Source of the DNA: an uncultured Clostridia bacterium
GTDB taxonomy: Bacteria; Bacillota; Clostridia; Christensenellales; UBA1242
Assembly (NCBI GenBank): GCA_944384535.1
Contig: CALWTS010000041.1
Span: 10,399 to 74,398 of the forward strand
DNA: 64,000 nucleotides
Direction: 5' to 3'
This document shows positions 57,556 to 64,000 of the stretch, in pieces. The notes beneath the pieces were generated by a model. It was not told the DNA's origin. It saw only the letters and a list, made by a program, of their open reading frames with translations, and did not search any database. The first letter of the stretch is position 1. Each line of letters starts with the position of its first letter. The position numbers were made by a program, and so were the translations under genes.

Positions 57556-57583
57556 TTGAAATAGATTTAAAATGTGCTATAAT
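57556..57583 (+). promoter_or_regulatory. sigma-A-type promoter with extended -10, apparently yielding a leaderless mRNA
   Basis: TTGAAA (57556-57561), 16-nt spacer, TGcTATAAT (57575-57583). The next ATG (57590) lies 6 nt after the -10. Confidence 0.5.
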
Positions 57584-57589
57584 TTAAGA

Positions 57590-58432
57590 ATGAAATGTAA
57601 AGATTGTCCTAGAAATTGTGATGTTGATAGAAGATTTCAAAAAGGTTATTGTGGAGAAAAAAATAAAATAAGAATTGCTAAAATAATTCCATTTTTTAAA
57701 TGGGAAGAACCTTGCATAAGCGGAGAAAAGGGTGCTTTAGCAATATTTTTTTCTGGTTGTAATTTAAGATGCAATTTTTGTCAAAACTATGAAATTTCAC
57801 ATAAAGGAAAGGGAAAAAGTTACAGTCAAAAAGAGTTTAGAATTCTTCTCGAGGGTTATGATTTAACTAAATTTTCCTGTATAGACTTAATTACACCAAC
57901 TCATTTTAGTAGTCAAATAATCAAAAGTTTAAAAAACTTTAAAAGTCCTATTCCAATTGTTTGGAATAGCAGCGCCTATGAAAAAGAAGATGTTATTGAA
58001 AAGTTGGGGAATATTGTAGATGTTTTTCTGCCTGATTTAAAATATTTTTCAAATGAATTATCCAAAAATTTTTCATCTGCTGAAAATTACTTTGAGGTTG
58101 CTTCTTTGGCAATAAAAAAAATGCGTGAAGTTAAAAAAGAAAATATTTTTAAAAATAAAATATTATATCAAGGAGTACTAATAAGACATTTGGTTTTACC
58201 GTCTTGTGTAAATGATAGCATGCGTATCTTAGATTTTATAAAAGAGAATATAAAAAATCCTTTAATTAGTCTAATGTCCCAGTTTACTCCAATTTCAAAT
58301 TCAGTTTTAAATAGAAAAATTTATCCATTAGAGTATAAAGCAGTTCTTGCACATGCTGAAAAGATTGGTTTAAACAATGGTTTTATTCAGGAATTTTCAA
58401 GTGCAAACGAAAATTTTATTCCAGACTTTTAA
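57590..58432 (+). CDS. radical SAM protein, PflX-like (homologue of PFL-activating enzymes)
   Basis: MKCKDCPRNCDVDR N-terminal Cys cluster and CNLRCNFCQN (CX3CX2C). The track start at 57572 lies inside the promoter -10 region. Confidence 0.8.
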   Translation: MKCKDCPRNCDVDRRFQKGYCGEKNKIRIAKIIPFFKWEEPCISGEKGALAIFFSGCNLRCNFCQNYEISHKGKGKSYSQKEFRILLEGYDLTKFSCIDLITPTHFSSQIIKSLKNFKSPIPIVWNSSAYEKEDVIEKLGNIVDVFLPDLKYFSNELSKNFSSAENYFEVASLAIKKMREVKKENIFKNKILYQGVLIRHLVLPSCVNDSMRILDFIKENIKNPLISLMSQFTPISNSVLNRKIYPLEYKAVLAHAEKIGLNNGFIQEFSSANENFIPDF

Positions 58433-58498
58433 AATATTTGACAAAACTTGAATAATTTTTTAAAATTATTACAAGTAATCATTTGGAGGTATTATTGC

Positions 58499-58834
58499 AT
58501 GGCAATTAATATTAGCAGAAAAGATGTAGAGGATTATTCTGGTTTTTTAAAAAGAAGAATGATGTTATCTAGAATTTTAGGAGTTGTTACCTGTTTAGTA
58601 GGAATTACCTGTTTAGTATTGTTTTATTTAAAAATTGTCAATGAGTGGATGTGTTTAGTTGTTTTAACATATTGTATGGCAAACTGTTTTTCTTTAAATA
58701 GTAATTTACAAGGTGTTAAGGTTGGAAATGCTTGGCAAAGAGTTAATATGATATCTTCTTTTATTTTATATTTCTTTGTTGTTTTTTTAATATCATATGG
58801 TTTTGCATCGGGAAATTTAGGTTTTCAATTTTAA
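58499..58834 (+). CDS. small membrane protein (111 aa)
   Basis: GGAGG lies 9 nt upstream of the ATG at 58499. Three hydrophobic helices. Confidence 0.6.
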   Translation: MAINISRKDVEDYSGFLKRRMMLSRILGVVTCLVGITCLVLFYLKIVNEWMCLVVLTYCMANCFSLNSNLQGVKVGNAWQRVNMISSFILYFFVVFLISYGFASGNLGFQF

Positions 58835-58835
58835 A

Positions 58836-58866
58836 AAAAGCTGGCACAATGGTCAGCTTTTTTTAT
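58836..58866. terminator. bidirectional hairpin terminator
   Basis: AGCTGGC - acaat - GGTCAGCT (one G-U pair) flanked by A- and T-runs. Confidence 0.55.
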
Positions 58867-59872
58867 GAAATTTTTTTTGTTTTCTTTTTAGTTTTAAACT
58901 AGATATATTCTTTTTAATTTTAAAATTTTCTTTAGTTTTTAACATTGGCTTTAATTTTTTTTGTTTGGTTTTAAGGAGTGAATTTTCTTTCATAAAATTT
59001 CCTTCTCCAATTGTTTCTGTAACGGGAGCAGAAAATACAAAAGCATTGTTGTCAATTTCAGAAACTAGTTTTTTCATTTCATGTGCTTGTTCATTTGGAA
59101 TGAGACAAAGGAGAACTGATTTATCTTTTTTTGAGAACATTCCGACAGCTTTTAGTTTTGTTACACCTCTTTTATATTTTTTTAAAATTGCCTGAGAAAT
59201 TGCTTCATCATGGTCACAAATAATGTAAAAGGCAAGAACTCTTTTTGATCCATCTAAAACTAGATTTGTTGCCATCGAACTAATTATTGCAACAATTAGA
59301 GAATAAAGTCCTGTTTGTAAACCACCGGTGATAACACTTAATATTAAAACAAGTATATTTATCATTAGAATACAATAACCGGTTTTTATTTTTGGAAAAT
59401 ATCTATTAATTATTGCACCTGCAATATCACTTCCTCCGGTTGAGCCTCCAAATCTTAATGCAACACCTATTGTTAATCCAACAATAATAGCACCAACTAT
59501 TGCATATAATAATTTTTCACTTTCTGGATTTGGAACAAGTTGAGAAATATAACCAAATTCCATACCTATAGTATAGAAAGATATACCAAATCCAGAGAGA
59601 ACTAAAAATTTCCACCCAAAGATTTTTAAAGCAAACAAAAATATAAATAAGTTAATTACAAGATAAATTACTGCTGTAGGAACATTAATACCACCTTTTT
59701 CAAAAGCATTAGAAATAATAAGAGAGAAACCTGAAAGTCCTGTAGGAATTAGTCCTACAGATTCAAAAAAAGTTTTAAAAGCAACACCACCAAAGAGACC
59801 TACTAAAGAGACAACTAAAAGGTGTAATAAAAATTTTAATAAATATTGTTTATTATTTGAAAATTTTTCCAT
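58853..59872 (-). CDS. YitT-family membrane protein (DUF2179 C-terminal domain)
   Basis: GGSTGGSDI motif, multiple TM helices and a soluble C-terminal domain. The ATG at 59872 is preferred over the TTG at 59878. Confidence 0.8.
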   Translation of the reverse strand: MEKFSNNKQYLLKFLLHLLVVSLVGLFGGVAFKTFFESVGLIPTGLSGFSLIISNAFEKGGINVPTAVIYLVINLFIFLFALKIFGWKFLVLSGFGISFYTIGMEFGYISQLVPNPESEKLLYAIVGAIIVGLTIGVALRFGGSTGGSDIAGAIINRYFPKIKTGYCILMINILVLILSVITGGLQTGLYSLIVAIISSMATNLVLDGSKRVLAFYIICDHDEAISQAILKKYKRGVTKLKAVGMFSKKDKSVLLCLIPNEQAHEMKKLVSEIDNNAFVFSAPVTETIGEGNFMKENSLLKTKQKKLKPMLKTKENFKIKKNISSLKLKRKQKKFHKKS

Positions 59873-59951
59873 GTACAAAATATAGCATATTAGTAAAGAA
59901 AACTAAAATGTTTTTTTAATTTTTAAAAAAAGTATAGCTCGAACTATACTT

Positions 59952-60335
59952 TTAATTTAATTCTTTTTCATTTGTATTTATAAAATATAATTTGTCATCT
60001 ACGAATCCGTAAGCAAATGTTTTGTTTTTTACAAGATTTTTAAGTGATGGATTTTTTGTAATTAAATTTGTAAGATAACTAGCAAATTTTTCAAATATCT
60101 CCTTATAGTTTCCTTTTTTATATTTAGTTATAAGTGTAAAAGGGTGATTTCTATTATAAATGCTAGTTTCATCAAAATACCAGTTATCATTTTCATTAAA
60201 AAATTTATTTGTACCTACGAGTTCACAAGTCCATTCATCATCTTCATCATATATATTTAAACAAAAAGCGTTTTCATTTTTGAGTGTTTTTAAACCGTTT
60301 TCCAACCAATATGCAAAACTGTCTTTTTTAAACAT
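59952..60335 (-). CDS. hypothetical cytoplasmic protein (127 aa)
   Basis: AAGGAG RBS upstream of the ATG. No motif recognised. Confidence 0.65.
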   Translation of the reverse strand: MFKKDSFAYWLENGLKTLKNENAFCLNIYDEDDEWTCELVGTNKFFNENDNWYFDETSIYNRNHPFTLITKYKKGNYKEIFEKFASYLTNLITKNPSLKNLVKNKTFAYGFVDDKLYFINTNEKELN

Positions 60336-60484
60336 AAAAACTCCTTCGTTTTATTTTTTACTATAAATATATAAATATGTCAAATAAATTAGCATAATAT
60401 GTTAAAAAGTTGCTTATTTTTAATTATTTTGGTAAAAAAGTATAAAAATTTTTTTTTAATCCATAATTTATTTTAGGAGGATTT

Positions 60485-61081
60485 ATGAAATTAAAGGACA
60501 GTAAAACATTTGTGAATTTGGGAAGAGCTTTTTTAGCAGAGAGTGCTGCACGTAATAGATATGAGTTTTGTGAATATGGATTTAGATTTAATGGGTATGA
60601 AGCGATAGCTCAATTAATTGATAAAATAGCATATCAAGAGTTCAATCATGCTAGAGTTTTGTATATGAAGATTCAGGATTGTGAATTAAAGGAAGTAGAA
60701 AATATTAATATCAATGCAGGTTTTCCTTTTAAACAAAAGTGGGATTTGTTAAATAATTTAAAACATTTAAGTGACGATGAAAAAGATGAAGCTTTAGCAT
60801 ATGAAAATTTTAAAAAGGTTGCTATAGAAGAGGGGTTTGAAGAAATTGCAAACTTATTTCAAATGATTAAAGAAGTAGAAGAGCGTCATGCAAAGATATT
60901 TTTAGAGTTATACAATCAAATGAAAGATAAAAAATTGTATAAAAAAGCGAAAAAAATTGCATGGGTTTGTCCCGCATGCGGATATGTAAGTTTTGATACT
61001 AAGGCTTGGGAAGAATGTCCATTATGTCAAGCTAAACAAGGTTATTGTGAAATTGATTTACCAAAAGACTTGTATTTTTAA
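60485..61081 (+). CDS. rubrerythrin-family protein (divergent paralogue)
   Basis: ESAARNRYEF, QEFNHARVLY, EVEERHAKIF, and a C-terminal CPACGY...CPLCQ rubredoxin-like site. Confidence 0.85.
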   Translation: MKLKDSKTFVNLGRAFLAESAARNRYEFCEYGFRFNGYEAIAQLIDKIAYQEFNHARVLYMKIQDCELKEVENININAGFPFKQKWDLLNNLKHLSDDEKDEALAYENFKKVAIEEGFEEIANLFQMIKEVEERHAKIFLELYNQMKDKKLYKKAKKIAWVCPACGYVSFDTKAWEECPLCQAKQGYCEIDLPKDLYF

Positions 61082-61183
61082 ATAAAAGATTTTATCTTTT
61101 ATTTTTTTTAATTAAATTTGTTTTGACTTGTTTGATTTGACAATGTCAATAAATTATTATTATACTAATCAAGAGAGGTGAGT

Positions 61184-62569
61184 ATGGAAAATATTGAAAA
61201 ATCTAGTAATAGAAGGTATACAAAGAAAAATATTTATGAACTAATTAATGACCAAGAAAAAAACAGTATTATGAGTTTCTCTGAAGAATACAAAACTTTT
61301 TTGGATTTGTGTAAAACTGAGAGAGAAGCGAATGATTATATCATTAAATTAGCAAAGCAGCAAGGTTTCTCTGAGTTTGTTTTTGGAGAAGATTTAAAAG
61401 TGGGAGATAAAAAATTTTTAACAAATAGAGGAAAAGGGGTTGTTCTTTTTAAAATAGGAGAAAATGATATAGAAAAGAACGGAATTAGAATAATTGCAAG
61501 TCATATAGATTCTCCGCGTTTAGATTTAAAACAAGTTCCTCTTTATGAAAGTGATGGGTTGTGCTTTTTAAAAACCCACTATTATGGCGGAATAAAAAAA
61601 TATCAATGGACAGCAATTCCTTTAGCATTACATGGTGTCATTTATAAAAAAGATGGACAAAAAGTAAATTTACGAATTGGTGAAGAAGTTGGGGACCCTG
61701 TTTTTTATATTAATGATCTTTTACCGCATTTAGGTGCGAATCAAATGCAACAAAAAGCTAAAGATTTTATCAATGCAGAACAATTAAATCTTGTTGTTGG
61801 TGGTATGGCTCTAAAAGACAATAATGAAAAAGATAAAATCAAAGAAAACATTTTAGATATTTTATATAGCAAATATCAGATAGTTGAAGAAGATTTTATT
61901 AGTGCTGAATTGTGTGCTGTCCCTGCACTTAATGCAAAAGATGTAGGATTAGATAGATCTTTAATTGGAGCATATGGGCATGATGATAGAGTTTGTGCTT
62001 TTGCTGCTTTAAAAGGGATTTTTGATAGTGATAATAAAAATACAGATGTTTGTATGTTGGTTGATAAAGAGGAAATTGGCAGTGAAGGAGTTACAGGAAT
62101 AAAAAGTAAATTATATGAAGATATAATTGATGAGATTTGTTTGACACTTAAAAAAAATGTAAGAAAAGTTAGACAAAATTCAATGTGCATTTCTGCCGAT
62201 GTTACATCAGCTTACGATGCAAATTTTGCTGATGTATTTGAAAAAAATAATTCGGCAATTTTATCATGTGGCACATGCATAAATAAATATACCGGAGGGG
62301 GTGGAAAAAGTGGAGCAAGTGATGCTTCTGCAGAGTTGCTGCAAAAAATAAGGGAAATTTTTGATAATAACAATGTAATTTGGCAGTCATCTGAACTTGG
62401 AAAGGTTGATCTTGGTGGTGGCGGAACAGTTGCAAAATATATTGCACAATTAAATATAGATACAATTGATATAGGTGTTCCTGTTATTTCCATGCATGCA
62501 CCTTACGAGTTAATTTCTAAAGCTGATTTATATAGTTCTTATAAAGCATACAAATCATTTTTTATATAA
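61184..62569 (+). CDS. M18-family aminopeptidase
   Basis: ASHIDSPRLDLK, GAYGHDDRVC, DKEEIGS, and VISMHAPYE near the C-terminus. ATG with GAGAGGTG RBS. The track starts at the GTG two codons earlier. Confidence 0.85.
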   Translation: MENIEKSSNRRYTKKNIYELINDQEKNSIMSFSEEYKTFLDLCKTEREANDYIIKLAKQQGFSEFVFGEDLKVGDKKFLTNRGKGVVLFKIGENDIEKNGIRIIASHIDSPRLDLKQVPLYESDGLCFLKTHYYGGIKKYQWTAIPLALHGVIYKKDGQKVNLRIGEEVGDPVFYINDLLPHLGANQMQQKAKDFINAEQLNLVVGGMALKDNNEKDKIKENILDILYSKYQIVEEDFISAELCAVPALNAKDVGLDRSLIGAYGHDDRVCAFAALKGIFDSDNKNTDVCMLVDKEEIGSEGVTGIKSKLYEDIIDEICLTLKKNVRKVRQNSMCISADVTSAYDANFADVFEKNNSAILSCGTCINKYTGGGGKSGASDASAELLQKIREIFDNNNVIWQSSELGKVDLGGGGTVAKYIAQLNIDTIDIGVPVISMHAPYELISKADLYSSYKAYKSFFI

Positions 62570-62600
62570 AAAAAGAGGTTATAACCTCTTTTATTTATTT
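62570..62600. terminator. bidirectional rho-independent terminator
   Basis: AAGAGGTTATAACCTCTT palindrome flanked by A-rich and T-rich runs. Confidence 0.65.
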
Positions 62601-63508
62601 ATTAATCTATTAATAAAGTATATCATTTTTTTATTATTTTGTTTTGCTAGTTTTGAATTCCATGTCAAAGAGAATGTGTGATTTTCTTTCTTTTTGTTGG
62701 AATAAAATTCTTCGTAAACTACGTTGTTTTTTTCGAAAGTATCAACCAATAATTCTCCTTGTCCTTTACAAAAATAATCATATTTACAATATGTTACAAA
62801 AGTTGTTGGAAAATTTGAGTTTATAAAATTAATAGGTGACATAATTTTATAATAAGGATGATTTTCTATATGTTTAACAGATATACCTAAAAAGTCTTTA
62901 ACTAAAAATTTTGAAATGTTAAATAGAGTTTTGTTTGTTAAAGCTAACTTTAAATCATAAACCCCACAATTTAAAATACAACCAATTATATTAGATTTTA
63001 ATATTTTAATTTTTAACAGATTTCTGTATTTTTGATTGCAAAATATAGTACATAACACACTAGCATAAAAAGCTCCGGCAGAGTCACCACAAATAATTAT
63101 TTTACTTTTGTCAACATTCCATTTATTTGCGTTTTTTACAATAAAATTGAAAGCATTTGCAATATCATAAATTGCACAAGGAAATTTATTTTTAGGTGCT
63201 AAACTATAATTTATATTGAAAACGGTTGCGTTTGTCAAACGTACCAACCAATTTGACAATCCTTTTCTATATTTTTTATCACCTGCAACAAATCCGCCAC
63301 CATGGATTTCTATTATAATAGGTGAAATTAGTTTAGAATTTTTAAGTTGATATATGTCCATTTTGCAGTTAGATGGATTTGATTGATCATAAATGACATC
63401 TTTGATTACATTTACTTTATTGTTTTTATCTATACATATTTTTCTTTTGTTTTGTGAGTGATTATATAATATATCAATTGATTTAAACATGAATGTAGAA
63501 ATAGACAT
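62591..63508 (-). CDS. alpha/beta-hydrolase esterase/lipase (hormone-sensitive-lipase-like)
   Basis: HGGGF oxyanion motif and GDSAG nucleophile elbow. AAGGAG RBS. Confidence 0.85.
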   Translation of the reverse strand: MSISTFMFKSIDILYNHSQNKRKICIDKNNKVNVIKDVIYDQSNPSNCKMDIYQLKNSKLISPIIIEIHGGGFVAGDKKYRKGLSNWLVRLTNATVFNINYSLAPKNKFPCAIYDIANAFNFIVKNANKWNVDKSKIIICGDSAGAFYASVLCTIFCNQKYRNLLKIKILKSNIIGCILNCGVYDLKLALTNKTLFNISKFLVKDFLGISVKHIENHPYYKIMSPINFINSNFPTTFVTYCKYDYFCKGQGELLVDTFEKNNVVYEEFYSNKKKENHTFSLTWNSKLAKQNNKKMIYFINRLINK

Positions 63509-63657
63509 AAAGACTCCTTATATTTATTATAAAAAAAAAGATGTATATTATAAAATATTTTGTCAAATTTTAAACAATTTTTATTCTTTGTTTACTAAAA
63601 GTAGGAAAAGTTGATTTTATTTAAAAAAAATGATAGACTATAAAAGAGAATAAAATT

Positions 63658-64000
63658 ATGAAAGTGATGAATAAGTTAGTTAGAGATAAAATACCAGAAA
63701 TATGTTTGTCAAATAATCAAAAACCTAAAATAAAAATACTTAATAAAAGCGAGTATTATGAAAAACTGAAAGAAAAATTATTGGAAGAAACTAAAGAATT
63801 TTTAGAAAGTGAAGATATAGAAGAGTTGGCAGATTTAGAAGAGGTTTTAAGGGCTCTATTGGATTTAAAAGATACAAGTTATGATAAACTTGAAGAAATT
63901 AGATTGGAAAAATTAAAAAAAAGAGGAGGTTTTAAAAATAGAATATTTTTACTTAGTGTTGAGGATATCGTAAAACAATTGGGAGGAAAAAATAATGACA
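63658..64000 (+). CDS. MazG-like nucleoside-triphosphate pyrophosphohydrolase family protein, apparently truncated by the window edge
   Basis: Absent from the track because no stop occurs inside the window. MKVMNKLVRDKIPEI...LLEETKEFLES...ELADLEEVLRAL...KKRGGF is the pattern of small all-alpha NTP-PPase proteins. Confidence 0.7.
   Translation, partial: MKVMNKLVRDKIPEICLSNNQKPKIKILNKSEYYEKLKEKLLEETKEFLESEDIEELADLEEVLRALLDLKDTSYDKLEEIRLEKLKKRGGFKNRIFLLSVEDIVKQLGGKNND

Noticed and set aside
61876-62493. Three overlapping antisense ORFs inside the M18 aminopeptidase gene.
   Set aside because: They are shadows of a well-supported sense gene. One is Pro-rich simply because it is the complement of Gly codons (GGTGGTGGCGG).
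1-64000. Looked for CRISPR arrays, rRNA, IS elements, integrases, prophage genes, restriction-modification systems or other known defence systems.
   Set aside because: I saw no direct-repeat/spacer arrays, no transposase or recombinase motifs, and no recognisable defence-gene signatures. The only tandem repeat is the 12-nt x4 coding repeat.

Overview
The window is very AT-rich (by eye about three quarters A+T) and uses the standard code: TGG encodes Trp, and TGA terminates a conserved Spo0A C-terminus. It reads as the chromosomal origin region of an anaerobic, Spo0A-encoding low-GC Firmicute. Recognisable content: recF, dnaA, an oriC in the dnaA-dnaN spacer, dnaN, dut, rpmH-rnpA-yidD-yidC-jag, mnmE, rsmG-mnmG, parA-parB followed by two consensus parS sites, two rubrerythrins, addB-addA, pflB-pflA plus a PflX-like radical-SAM gene, spo0A, trpS, tRNA-Leu(UAG), tRNA(CAU), several lipoproteins and about ten uncharacterised genes. 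I saw no transposase, integrase, phage gene, CRISPR array or rRNA. The main result is not in the supplied ORF track. Positions 1-12370 are one uninterrupted minus-strand reading frame of 4123 codons, start codon at 12370, still open at the window edge. It encodes a giant signal-peptide-bearing, adhesin-like surface protein built from GLUG-like, Listeria-Bacteroides-repeat-like and MBG/YGX-like modules. The track appears to drop any ORF that lacks a stop inside the window, because a second edge-truncated ORF at 63658-64000 is also missing. Secondary observations: Spo0A carries Glu instead of Asp at the phospho-acceptor position; YidC has a ~175-aa extracytoplasmic insertion; the origin gene order is rearranged; a 12-bp inverted repeat brackets a promoter-bearing segment next to parS; and a 26-aa hydrophobic peptide gene sits beside recF. 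All family assignments come from motif recognition by eye, with no database search, so they are hypotheses of varying strength.
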